The notes beneath the pieces are model-generated. The model saw nothing but the letters and a program-made list of their open reading frames with translations, ran no database searches and was not told the DNA's origin. A stretch of DNA of 63,936 bases, counting the filler, from Basidiobolus ranarum (Eukaryota), in the NCBI GenBank assembly GCA_040143965.1. It is 3 parts of 3 records of this genome, joined end to end, with 100 filler letters (N's around TTAATTAATTAA, not from the genome) between each part and the next. Parts side by side here need not be neighbours in the genome. Positions count along the whole stretch, not along the records: positions 1 to 22,370 come from JASJQH010007063.1; positions 22,471 to 44,753 come from JASJQH010007064.1; 1 more part is not named here. One strand, given 5' to 3'. This document shows, piece after piece, positions 14,176 through 26,130 of this stretch. Positions within the stretch are counted from its first letter, which is position 1. Every line of letters starts with the position of its first letter. A program made the translations under genes and the position numbers.

Positions 14176-15111
14176 TCGTATTATATTAGTGATTCCACAT
14201 TTAATTCATTTATTTATAACCAGCATAAACTTATGTATTTCCAGTTTCCTATAATTGTCGCCATTCAACAACCATTCAGTTTTGATAGCTGGGGTTGTAT
14301 AATTTTGACCATCTTGAATGAATGGCAGACTTCCTTTCTAACGTACACGTAATTGTTTATGGTTAATTTTAGTCCAAATAAAGATAATTGATAATATGCG
14401 GCGCGTTCATTGACTAATAAAAATAGATGCAGAATCTTGCATGTTATGGTTCCCATGCATGCCGTTGAAAAGTCAGGAATGCAAGTGATGCCCACCCTCA
14501 AGCCTTGTACCCATGATAGGCTAGGTAAAATTGACCTATTCGTGGGAAATGAGAGATCCAAGATAATAATTGGTGGGAAGCAAAATACCAGATCAGCAAG
14601 GTGATAATCTGTGTTTCGTAGATTCATGGTAACATGTGCACAACGCCACCATGTGTATTGTTACCTTGGAGTTAGAAATAATTGGAGCTAGACCTGATTG
14701 GGTGATTCATCAATGACTTCATGAAGACCTAATTCTGAACTTTAATAGGTTTTCATGAATCATAATTTCTACATACAAGTGTTTTCTTTAGCCTTTCAAA
14801 ATGTCTACCTAGTTGGTTTTTAGCCAAAGTGTCTTTCTTTAAAGTTGGGTTTTCACATTATGGATGATCATAGCATTTTTGGGCATCAAAATAGCATGCT
14901 TGTAACCTTATTGCTAGGTAATAGGAGTTTGATCCCCAATACAAATAACTGAAGTTGAAAATTTCATTTGTATTACTTCAGCAGTCTACAAATCTACTCA
15001 ATTTCCTAGTGACTATTCAATACGAAAAAATCCAATATTGGTAGCAGGAAACCATATCTAACCTCTCAAAAGAGAGTCTGAAGAAAGTCGCAACTACAGC
15101 TATCTTTACTT

Positions 15112-15912
15112 ATGGATAGAAAGAGCAAACTCTTAGCTTTGGCAGCTAAACGGCGTGCCGAAACTGAGAACACTAGCGAAGGAAACAGTGCTCCCAGCAA
15201 AAAGTGGGTGGTTCTATATTTGTTTGCCTTTCTCTTAAAATCGTCAGCTTTTTCTTTGGTTAACTCTTCTTTTAGAGTAAAACAGTCCCTTCCTTCGAAG
15301 AAAGCAACTGTAAGCCCTTCCCCTTCGAAAAGAACCAATGTAAAAACTATCAGCCCAGTTAAAATTAAGGCAAAATCTACTGTTTCTGTTCGTCGTCACT
15401 CCTCGCCTGCACGTAAACCTAAAATTTCAACTCGAGAGCGTGACTTAAACGAAGATGAATATGACACTAACGACGGATTTTTAGTTGATTCTGACGAAGA
15501 AGGTTCACTTCGTAATTGTGTATTTATTCTTCGACTACCTTTCTCATATTTGTTTGTCATAAATATTCAGAAGTTTCGGCTGACTCTGAAGATAATCTTT
15601 CCTTCGAATCGGCAGAAGAAGACCAAGCAAAGAAGAAGAGCTCGAAGAGGGAGACAACTAAAAAAGTAAAGCACAAGAGAGAGAAAGTACACCATTCGTT
15701 TTCATTGAAGTTTCCATGTGTCCTTTTGATATAAGCTAAATGACTTTCTGTTTACTTTATAGAACTCTAAAAAAAGGAATACAAGCGATGATTCAGAATC
15801 TGAGAAAGATGTAGCATTAGAGGAGGAGTTGGAGGATCTGGATACAAGTTTAATTATTAAAACCAGTCGCAGAACTCGAAGTGGTCGTACATCTTATCGT
15901 GATCTAGAATAA
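15112..15912 (+). CDS. Small basic/acidic nuclear protein with C-terminal CHZ-like histone-chaperone motif (multi-exon)
   Basis: Lys/Ser-rich N-terminus and acidic DEYDTNDGFLVDSDEE. The last exon ...EEELEDLDTSLIIKTSRRTRSGRTSYRDLE* (TAA 15910-15912) resembles the CHZ motif (D.SNII..RRTR). Exact exon boundaries are uncertain. Confidence 0.55.
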
Positions 15913-16232
15913 TCTCATTTTTCTTTATCAACACTTGCGAAGTTTATATCTAAATACTCTTTTTCTCAGCTCACTCTCGCATTCAAGTGTTTGATTCTAT
16001 TACAGGTTTGATAAAAGTCAATCATGAAAACTCAATAACAATGGCCAGGGCTTAACAATAATTGACAATGAATGTGTATTCGCTCGTTATGGAGATTATG
16101 TCCAAGAGAAATACAAATAGAATATGATGGATTCATTAGTAAATAGTAGTAGGTCGTAAAGCTATATATTGGGGGAAGATGAAGGAGTTATATCATTGGC
16201 TTTAGAAAGCACCATCAGCACGAGAAGATTAT

Positions 16233-19200
16233 TCAAGACTCTTGAAGATCTACAGAGTTGGTATAAGTGACGTCTCTTCTGGGTCTTAATTTCCTTCTAG
16301 GTCCTGTATTAGTGTCATCGACCTCTTCGTCTCGTGATCTTTTCGAAGCACTATTTCTTGTCTGTCTAGCTGGTAAACTATCCCGTTTGGCTGGTAGTTC
16401 ATGTTCCTCAAGATCACTAGATTGACGTTGTGTTGCTTTACGAGTACGTAATTTACGTTTTTTATTTGGTGAAGCTGAGTGTTCAGTAGTGGATGGTATG
16501 TTTGATGTGTCTTCATCATTGGATTTCAGATCATCTTCGATAATTCTGTGGGATCGACGGGTAGGCTTTTTCTGAGTAGAGGACTCATTTTCGCTCTCAC
16601 TATTGTTGATTTCTTTCGTGGTAGTTCTGTTTCGAGATTTCCGATCTCTCAAATTCACTTGACGATCTTGTTTGGTACTTATAGCGTCATTGTTTTCTTC
16701 TTCAGGCTCCTCTACGGAGAGTTCGAAGTTCTCAATATCTTTGATACACATTTCAAGGTTAACATTGAGTGACGAGAAAGTTCTGATATTCTCGTCGAAG
16801 TCTTCTTGAAAGCTGGTAGTGCGTAACCAACGAATTCGCTTCTCTGCTTCCGCTGGGAGCTTTGATAGGTGATTGTTCTTGATATCGTTTACCCTAGCAA
16901 ACAGCGACCTGATATAGGAAAGGTACTCCTCTACCGATGAATTGACATCAATCTCAGGTAACTTGGTATTTTTCATCGTCATGAATAGTATGGAACTAAG
17001 TTGATCAACTTGTTTCTGAATGGTGTTTTTGATTTCTTGTATATATATGGTCGATTCTACCGAATTATTGCGTCTCTCGAAGCTTTCCACTGGGGCTTGG
17101 TCTAAAGAGTCATCTTTTATGTCATCGATTTGGTTTTCAGTTTGTGGTTCAGTTTTTTCGTCCGTCAACGATGCATCTTCTAAGGGTAGCTCTATACTTC
17201 CAGTTGGTTGATGGGCTTCTAGAGTATTAGGGGTATTATCAGTAGCTGTGATTTCTGTTTGATCATAAGTTTCCCCAATTTCTCTCTTCAACCAGCTACG
17301 GAACTTTCCAAGAGAATTTATGAATAGGGGCCTAATTGATGTTAACATTGAACGCAGACTTTTTTCACGAATACCACGGTTGTTCAACGGTCTAATCAGA
17401 AGCAAAAGCTGTCTACTGTCGTCCATATAATACCATTTCGTTTGAGGCTTCCTGTAGTCATCGTTCACATTGCAACCTGTCTTGCTAATAACTTCATTAT
17501 TAGATGCATTCGTCGACTGTTCGTCTTTCGCAGTGGATTCTTCATTATTGGCAACTATCGAGAGATCTGGTTTTTCGGATTTTTCGGAATATTGGTGCTC
17601 TTCAATAATTATACCGCCAATGGGCTTCCAATGCCAATAAGCTCGAGCGTATCGATCATACCCAATCAATAATATTTCTTGTGAGGTGGGAACAACATTT
17701 CGACTGGGAATTATTCCACCACGATACTTGGAAGCTACAAATTCCACTTGCGATTGATGTGTGAGGTCATTTGTATTGATATCCGTGATTGACTTTCTTT
17801 TGCTCTCACGCTGGCGCACCATTTTCTCGATGTCTTTAGTTAATTTCGTGCATTTTCCTTTCAATGTGGCAACAAGTTTTTTTCTTGATTTTTCTTCGGC
17901 TAACATCTTTTGACGTGATGTTCGTTCATCTCGAGGTATCTGCTTTTCTTGGACTTCAGATGATTCTTCGTGGTGTGAAATTGACTGAACTTCACCACCA
18001 GCCTCAGAATCCTCCTCTTCACTATCCTCTCCGGAATCCTCATCAGATGTGTGAAGTCTAGCCAACCGCTTCATCTCCTCCTCAGCATCTACAACACCTT
18101 TTTCAGCTGCTAGAATACTTCTGGTCAAATCAGATATTTGAGATTCAAGTTGACGTCTAGTATCAGTACGTTCTCGTTTTTCTTTCTTTAATTGGGATAT
18201 CCGTTCATCTACTCCGGTATGTAAGTATTGACTAAACTGATCTGTGTCCATGGCGAGATCTATCAAATAATTGAGAGCTTTGAGTCGATCTCTAGGAGGG
18301 ATAGCTGGGAATTCGGTGGTCGCGAAAATGTTCGTTTTATCCGGAAGAATTTCACCAATGTACCATTGAAAGTTAACTGGATTGACTGGAGGCAATTGTG
18401 GGGAGTCTTGATTGTGTTCCTCTGATTCAATAAACTCGATTAAATTGCAAATAAATTGTATGCCGTCTCTATTAATCGTAGTGGTATTACATATAAGATC
18501 CTCCAAAATCTCTAAAAGAATTCAACTACTTTAACATTTACTAGTAATGTGTGGTCAGGGAATGTGCAAGAAAATACCGTAGGTGTAATCCTCTGACTTC
18601 ATATTCAAAACATCCGACGAGAATTTATAAAAAAAATCGTGAACCACCATCAGCTGTGCCCACTCGTTCATTGTTAGACGAGGATCGTTGTCAGGAACAC
18701 TGAACTCCTTGAATTTCGGAAGTGGTGCGCTAAAAGGTAGCAAAATCGGGTCCAAATCGTCACTTATCGGGGGTAATTTTGGTATTCCAGGTTGAAGATA
18801 ATCGCGTAAATCTGTCTTCTTTCCAAATGGAGTTTTTGACTGATATATTCTATTAGTGAAAAATACGTATTATCAGATATAATGTCTTGATATCTACCAA
18901 AGGACCTGGCGACGACCGTGTTGAAGAAGCAGAGGCAATAGGACGTTCAGGAACTGGCGATGATTTTACAGAATCCGTGGATACAAGAGAGATGGTCTGT
19001 GAAGGTTTATAAGAACTGTATCCAAAATAAAAAATGTTTCGTGTAGCATTTACCTCGTCTTCGGAAGAATCTATGATTTGGATTGGCTGAGAAGTCATAG
19101 TTGGTATCGTCAGCGGCTGTACAATAGCGCTCTATTATTTGACAAGAAGCAAAGTGACAGTCAATATTACACTAATAGAGACAAAATGATATAGCGTCGT

Positions 19201-19592
19201 GAAGGCAGACCATTGGTGAGCATTGGCATATATATATATGTACTAACCTCGAATTCGGGCTTTGTTTTCTTCGAAGAACTCTGTGCTTGAAAGTAATTAT
19301 GCAAAGAATTTTTCTGTGGAGTGACTGCATGACCGTCTGCTCCGGCAACACGTGAAGATTTGTGCTTGTTTTTGCTTGCTGACTTTGGTGTGGTCGTATT
19401 TGGGAAGTTCGCAGCGGGTAAGCTTACAACTTTCTCGGGAAATTCATCGTCTTCTAGATCAATTACGGTCACATTTCTAGTGGTCGAAGATGGAGTATTC
19501 ATATGGAATTGGATGGAGCCTTTTTTTGGAGGAACGGGTGGTAATATTGGTAATGGGAGTTTGGTTAGTGGGCGCAGAGGAGAATCGGTCAT
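16233..19592 (-). CDS. DDT/WHIM1/WSD-domain ISWI chromatin-remodeller accessory subunit (Itc1/Ioc3/ACF1-like), multi-exon
   Basis: ATG about 19592 (MTDSPLRP). DDT-like WAQLMVVHDFFYKFSSDVL, WHIM1-like PPRDRLKALNYLIDLAMDT, WSD motifs IGYDRYARAYWHW and WYY...LNNRGIREKSL. Confidence 0.78.
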
Positions 19593-20336
19593 GAATAAAT
19601 AACTGTTTGTATGCAGCTTTAAGGTGGTCGTTGTTTCCACTCTCCAAGGTGTTTGAAGTCAAAATAGCGAGATAACGTATACAACCGAAAAGTACTAACA
19701 GATCAAATTAATTTTTGATTGGAACCATATTTTCAGGCACTACGTTCTTTGATTAGTAGGTCATTTTCTCTAGTCCCTATTTTCGCGATAGCAATCGACT
19801 TGATGGTTTTTTTTTATTAAGGCATCTCCAGAATATTTGTTTATATTTCATAAATTCACACAACTTCATTGGTTACTTCATGTTTGCTTCTTCAAGTCAA
19901 AAACAGTAGTGATGTTGACCATTATGGCTGGAGATAGGCATTGCAAAGGAATGGCGTATTATGTGGAAGTATTTCTGATGTTCGAGATTTTGTTCGAATC
20001 AATGGATCATGACTTGTAGCTCTGCAGGCAAGTCAAGGAGCCATTTATTTGGTGACCATGCTAACAGATATCTTGATTAGGGAGGAGTGAGCTAGCATCG
20101 ATTGTAAAATATCTTTTACGCTACAAAATGAACCTCAAACAATCATTGTTTATAACTTCCTAGAATTGATCAGGAATCTCTGGTCATTTATTTAGTACTA
20201 GGTTGATCATAACAATTTGTCCAATCACAGGGGAGTAGCCCCTCAGATGTAGGTCTATAAACATCACTATACCTGTGAGCCATCATTTTCATACTGTAAT
20301 CATCGCAAGTGAACCTAGATATTTAAATTTCAATAT

Positions 20337-22370
20337 ATGACCACTGAACACAAAAAGGTGGCTCCGTTATTGCGAGTCAAGGGCAGGAACCAACCAGTAG
20401 TCCGAAAATTTAAACCTTTACCAAATATTCCACAAGGTCATCGTGAGGCTATTGACGACGAAGTTCAAGACTCCGTTGATTTGAAAACTTCTCGTATCCC
20501 TTGCGTAAAACAAAGATATATAGTAGATATTAGTCAGAGTAGTGAAAGCAGCCCGAACATTGCACGACACCATCAAGCCAATACAAATTATGCAGGAAAC
20601 GTTGGTGTTGCAAGTGTCATTGAACAGGGTAACGCATTACGCTCTAATCAATCGAATAACTCGACTGCTTTCTTGAAGTCGCCCTCACAATACGATAGCC
20701 TGACTGTCAACAACCCTGAAGTCACGGTGCAAAATGAAATAATATCACCAAATCTAGCTTCTAGTGATTTGAAGCATTCCAGCATGCTAAAAAGTCCTAA
20801 CAATATCAGGAGCATTCATAGAGTTCGAAAACATAGTAAAGGTAGCTCACCACCTCTGCGAAGTAAAAAGAGTTCACCCTCGACCAAACCCAAAGTCTAC
20901 TTTAAGCGAGGGAAAATATCGCCAAAGTTTTCGAATTCAGAATCAAGAGACAGCAATAAGTCTGTTACACATAATCTACCTACTTTTGACATGAAGAGCA
21001 ATCCTAAAATTGCCATATTTAACGAGAATGACGAAGGACTCCATTCATCAAATCCAGCAAATGATGAAAGCATCGTCTCACCATCCTTGAAAGTTCAATA
21101 CCTGTGGAAAGATTTAGTTAAGAATTCAAAAATTCAATGTTCACAGCCATTGAGCCCCAAAGAGATTGAACGTCAAGAGACCATTTTTGAACTCGTTAAT
21201 ACCGAGAGCGATTACTTGAACTGTCTTTTTGTTCTAGTTGAGGTAGTATGTTCCTATAAATTTACGAGCGCTTTATAATGTTCGCTAATCGATTTTCGAT
21301 AGTTCTTTAAGAAACCGCTACTGGAGTTGGGAATTCTGAAGAATGAGAAACTCGTGGAGATCTTTGCAAATCTAGATGACATTCTAACATTCCACACTGA
21401 TCTATTCAAAGTATATGTTTCATTCGTCTCAGTGCGTTGCTTGCCCGAAACTAACATTACGCTCTATCACCAAGAGAATGGCCGCTGTATATAAGAAGCA
21501 GTTTCCTATCATCAACAAATTCGCATTTATCTTTGTCGAATGTGTAAGTATTGTATGATGGTTATCGTCGACTCAAATATTCTAATCACCAAGGCCCACC
21601 CTAAAGCTAGATCAAATGAGAGCATATTCCAAATTTGTGGTGAACTACAAAAGAAGTCTAAGCAAAGTTGCAGAGTTAAGACAGACAAATAAGCGGTTCA
21701 GTTGGTTTCTAGAAGTAAGTGAATCAATTTTGTGTGGATTGAGGCAAAATTCAAACCGACTCATTGCTACTAGCAACGGCATCAAAAGTCCGAATCTCGT
21801 AATCTGAGCTTGGAGAACCTTTTGTTAGAGCCCTTTCAGCGCCTTTGTCGATACCCTCTACTTTTTGAGGTATATATGATCTCTTAAATTGTTGTGTGAG
21901 AGTTTGAAGCTAAACAAAATTACAGAAAATACTTTCCTGTACAAACACAGATTCATCAGATCGCAGTGATATAGTGCAAGTGCTTTCTCGGATCCGAGGA
22001 GTAATTCAGGAAATCAATGAATCCAAAGAGCGATTTGAAATCAGAGAAGAGATGCATGTAGCTCAATTTAGGATCAAGGGGTTTGGTTATTTCGATTTCT
22101 TGACCCCCTCAAGAGAGCTAATCTTAGAGGGTGGGCTAACCTTTCTAAATGCCAAGGAAGTCGGTCAATCTCATGTTGTTAAGGTGTATAGACAAAGATC
22201 TCTCCCCTTGAGAGTATTTTTGTTTAACGATTGTATTTTACTTGCCAAACACCGAAATAAGAAGACTGGCGCCCAGTACAAAGCTATAGTCCCCCCCTCT
22301 CGAGTAACTCATGTACAGCCAGTGGAAGATGCCCATAACACAAGTAAATTTTCCTTGGATTTTATTTAGC
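20337..22370 (+). CDS. Rho guanine-nucleotide exchange factor (DH-PH), 3' truncated by assembly gap
   Basis: EIERQETIFELVNTESDYLNCL, IFANLDDILTFH and LENLLLEPFQRLCRYPLL form a DH domain; RELILEGGL...VFLFNDCILLAK is PH-like. Several introns; runs into the Ns. Confidence 0.88.
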
Positions 22371-22470
22371 NNNNNNNNNNNNNNNNNNNNNNNNNNNNNN
22401 NNNNNNNNNNNNNNTTAATTAATTAANNNNNNNNNNNNNNNNNNNNNNNNNNNNNNNNNNNNNNNNNNNN
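22371..22470. other. Assembly gap with artificial stop linker (N44-TTAATTAATTAA-N44)
   Basis: Ns with TTAATTAATTAA at 22415-22426; the genes on both sides are truncated. Confidence 0.98.
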
Positions 22471-22471
22471 T

Positions 22472-22642
22472 TCGATTGTTGGTAACCGTCAAGATCTTGC
22501 TGAGGCCCTTGACTTTGCTGCTCGTGGTAAGGTCAAGTGTCACTACAAGGTTCAAGATATGGAGACTATTCCTCAAGTCTACGAAGATATGCATGCTAGG
22601 AAAATTGCCGGTCGTATTGTTCTTGACATGCACAACCATTAG
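22472..22642 (+). CDS. ADH1: Zn-dependent alcohol dehydrogenase, C-terminal fragment (5' lost in gap)
   Basis: Reads SIVGNRQDLAEALDFAARGKVKCHYK...IAGRIVLDMHNH*, the yeast-type ADH C-terminus. Confidence 0.9.
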   Translation, partial: SIVGNRQDLAEALDFAARGKVKCHYKVQDMETIPQVYEDMHARKIAGRIVLDMHNH

Positions 22643-22984
22643 ATCATCTTAATTTCATAAAAGTGTACATTTCATCGTAACGTATAGTATTAATGCAATA
22701 TAAAAACTCTAGTTAATAAAATTTGATTTCTTATAATTCCAATGAACATATTTATGTTACTTTTACCCTAACCATTTTCTATTTACTGTCGCAGGTGATC
22801 ATCTGAGTAATATAGGGTTAGGGTTATTAATTAGTCGGGCTTTGACAATTTAGAAAAAATTACTGAGTTTCAATTATTCATAGATGTAAAGATGAAACTA
22901 CTGAATACTTATTGTTATAAAACCTTTTCTCTCGAACTGTTCAATAGTATATTCTACGGTGCATCCTTCACTTATCCAAATATC

Positions 22985-23245
22985 ATGAAATATATCACTG
23001 CAGCTGCGTTTTTGGCCATCCTTTCTGCTACTACTGCACTACCAACTTACAATACTCCAAAGTCTAGTCCTAGCAAGTACTGTAAGGGCCTAGTGGATAA
23101 ACTCAACACTCTTAGATGTAGCAGTCTTTGTTGGGTAGCCCGAGAAACCTGGATATGCCCCTAGGGATCTTGATAAGAGGAGCTGCCAAGAGTTAGTTAC
23201 TGCTGTCACAGCATTAGGGATTCAAGTCGACGCAGGTATATTTTA
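22985..23245 (+). pseudogene. Disrupted secreted repeat-peptide precursor with Kex2 site (KEP-like)
   Basis: Signal peptide MKYITAAAFLAILSATTALP, then unit 1 YCKGLVDKLNT(fs)LDVAVFVG*, linker PEKPGYAPRDLDKR and unit 2 SCQELVTAVTALGIQVDAGIF. There is a frameshift near 23110 and an in-frame stop. Confidence 0.5.
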
Positions 23246-23376
23246 TTTTTTGACAGGACTTTCACTTCAACTTACAGAACTTGATGGTTGGTTCCAACAA
23301 TTTTTCAGAAGAAGGAAAAGTTCTAGAAATTTGAAACGTGGACATTACAGAGAATCCAAGCTTGCAGCTCATAATG

Positions 23377-23701
23377 AATTGAGGTAATTTGGCAACTTGT
23401 TGGAAATGGTTAAGAGAACTAGTAGAATTAGTAGCTTTAACTTATTGATTTACTGGGTAGAAAGTTGACATTAATAGCTTTGTCAAGAATTATACAGCCA
23501 AGTATGTATAGTGTGTTAAAATGGTCTCAGAGACATACAAACAAAGTCTGGAGTCTCTAGAGAAAGTTTGAAAAATCTATATATCTGAGAACTTCTAAGT
23601 TGGTAAATATATTCAAAATAAATTCCTCTTGAGAGTTGTAGGTGATATCTTAGTGCAATATGGAATTGTCAAACACTAAACTATATGTGACCATATAGAT
23701 G
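23377..23701 (+). mobile_element. Diverged solo-LTR-like repeat copy, truncated at one end by the adjacent inverted copy
   Basis: Reverse-complement similarity to 23706-24053 over about 320 bp, e.g. tttgaaaaatctatatatctgagaacttctaagttggt vs accaacttagaagctctcagatatatagctttttcaa. Contains TATATA and AATAAA. Confidence 0.65.
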
Positions 23702-23705
23702 GTCA

Positions 23706-24053
23706 TGTTGAAGTTGGCATTGCCTAAACACCTATATAGTCATACCTAGCTTAGTACTTAGTTATCTTATATTTCACTAAGATATCACCCATTATTCTCA
23801 TGAGAAATTTACTTGGAATATTGACACCAACTTAGAAGCTCTCAGATATATAGCTTTTTCAAGCTTGTGCTAGAAGCCCCAAACTTTGCACACATGTTCC
23901 TGGGACCTTTCTTAGTACATTATACAAATTAGTTTGTTTACATCTTGACAAAACTATAAATGTCAACTTTCTACTCAATAAATCAATGAGTGAGAACCAC
24001 CAATTTCTCTAGTTTGCAAACCACTTCCAACAGGCTCCCAAAATATATCAACA
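23706..24053 (-). mobile_element. About 348-bp solo LTR (copia-like TGTTGA...TCAACA termini)
   Basis: Starts TGTTGAAG at 23706 and ends TATATCAACA at 24053. The same family occurs at 44585-44753 and 44854-45013. No CpG; no matching TSD seen. Confidence 0.65.
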
Positions 24054-24590
24054 TAAGTAACAGTGAGTAGTAAAAAGTCATCTAAACAAATTCAAACATT
24101 CATTTGGAATTACATCTGGTAAGATCATCAGCATTACAATATTTCAGATATATTTCATATATATGGTTACGGTCAGACACCGTAGTAGAAAGGAGATAAC
24201 AATGCCAACATTACCAAAACTATCCGAATTGTGATACTGAATATAGATGTTTACACATCAGCGTCAATCATGTCTCAATATTCAACTGTACATGGTCGAG
24301 TGATGTATACTAGTGATGTATACTACTATTGCGGATTTCTTTCGAGTCGAATTGGTTTCTGATGGCTCTCTAAAGCACTTAGGGTACACTTTATAGCCAA
24401 ATATCCACACTATATACCACTTCACAGTCAAACATCCATACAATAGACAGAAAAGAGCAAAACTTTATACAAATAGCAGCTACTCAAAATGGAAGAATAC
24501 TCATATTTAAAAACAATGAACTGAAACAGATATTCAGAGATCCGATATCCAATAATAGAAATGGCTGGCATATCTTGCTAGCATATCTTG

Positions 24591-25556
24591 CTAGCATATT
24601 TCTTCATTCAGGCGGCTGGAAGACACAACTTTCAAATCGTAGATATCATCCCCATGTGAGTTTGGAAAGCTCTCAAAATCACCACCTGAGGTCATTTTGG
24701 ATTGAGTCAAGGCTGCTTCTGTCCTTTGCTTTTCTATCTTTAGTAATTGGAGTGCGAATAACTTAGAACTCGTGGCCCCTGTAAAATAGACACTCATTAG
24801 ACACCCATTAGCATTATAGAGTATATAAAAGAAAAACTTACATTTAGTTTGAAACAGCACGTCGGGATTGAGATTAAATGTAATGCCGGCGAGAAGTAGA
24901 GAAAACCAGAAAATTCCGCTGACACATGATGCCAAAGTTAAACCTAAAGCGTTGGTCGAGAGAGCATTCCTAAGGCACTTGGACTGCAAGTATCTGTTGT
25001 ACACGATATATACTATTCCACACATCTGAACTGCGTAGATCATTACTTCAGTTGACATGTAAGCCCTGAAAGCAGACATCGGTGGGGAGATTATGCATTG
25101 TTGAAGCGCTCCATTATAGGCATTAAGCCCTATCTCTAGTAGAATGATGATAACCAATTTAGCTAGTTCGAGCAAGATTCCTAGTATTAAAAAGCCAGGA
25201 CTGATTTTCTCTTGATTGTATAAACGTACGAAGGTCAGAAGCTCCATAATGGTATTGGATACGTAGTAGAATATCCAATTAAAGAAGCCTTTGAAATGAC
25301 ATTGAGTGATAAAGTAGTACCCGGAGACTGCACTAAGATGACACGTAACGGCGAAGAACGCCTGTACGGCGTTTAATAGGTAGAGACTACTTGTAGGGCT
25401 TTTCAGCAATAATTTAGTACCAGTATATGCGCAACTGATATGCACAGCTAGAGTAGCAGAAAAAATGAACATCGCCATGCTGGACATGAGGTATTCGTTA
25501 GTTGAGATTGTAATGATCTGTTGGTATTGTGGAGTTTGCGGAAATATTGTAGACAT
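24591..25556 (-). CDS. Orphan multi-pass (about 7 TM, GPCR-like) membrane protein
   Basis: About seven hydrophobic segments with extracellular-loop cysteines (QCHF, QQCII). A 63-nt in-frame GT-AG intron at 24779-24841 (gtaagt...ttttacag) restores FQTKWATSSK. Confidence 0.6.
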   Translation of the reverse strand: MSTIFPQTPQYQQIITISTNEYLMSSMAMFIFSATLAVHISCAYTGTKLLLKSPTSSLYLLNAVQAFFAVTCHLSAVSGYYFITQCHFKGFFNWIFYYVSNTIMELLTFVRLYNQEKISPGFLILGILLELAKLVIIILLEIGLNAYNGALQQCIISPPMSAFRAYMSTEVMIYAVQMCGIVYIVYNRYLQSKCLRNALSTNALGLTLASCVSGIFWFSLLLAGITFNLNPDVLFQTKCKFFFYILYNANGCLMSVYFTGATSSKLFALQLLKIEKQRTEAALTQSKMTSGGDFESFPNSHGDDIYDLKVVSSSRLNEEIC

Positions 25557-26072
25557 GGCTGTCAAATTGACTGATGAAACTAAAGTAATACTTCGATAAC
25601 TACAGATCAACTCACTCCTTATATACTTTCATAATAGAGGGTGCAAATGCAAAAACGGGGACTAACACTCTCCCGCTGCTAATAGGAACTCACCCCCTGG
25701 CTCGTAGTAAATAGTCTTCAAGTAAAACTTAGACAGATTCTCTATTTGAGCAAACTGTCAGGAGATATATGCTACTCAGGACTTTTACTAACAGCCCCTG
25801 ATTCTTAATCGGTGGTTTCTAAAGTGAGTGCCACCTTTGAGCCGTCACTTCCATCCCATATTATACAAGCAAAAGACACACGTCTCAAAATAAGCAAACA
25901 AAATCTACTTAGGACATATATAGTAATAAGCTTTACCAGGTACTCAGAGTAACAATTAAAGAAGTAATGTTTCCATTTTGAACGGTTTTAGACTTGGATT
26001 ATTCACAACAATCGAATTTGATAGGCTTGCTCGATATGGTCTAAGTAATAATAATAGAAGCATATAGCATGA

Positions 26073-26130
26073 ATGGTATTGGTATTGGTGATGGTGATGG
26101 TGATGGTAATTGTAATTGTAATTGTAATGG
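26073..26130. repeat. Compound hexamer microsatellite
   Basis: atggt-(attggt)2-(gatggt)3-(aattgt)3-aatgg. Confidence 0.9.

Noticed and set aside
22371-22470. TTAATTAATTAA palindrome inside N runs (also 44798-44809)
   Set aside because: Artificial all-frame-stop scaffolding linker; adjacency across the gaps cannot be trusted.
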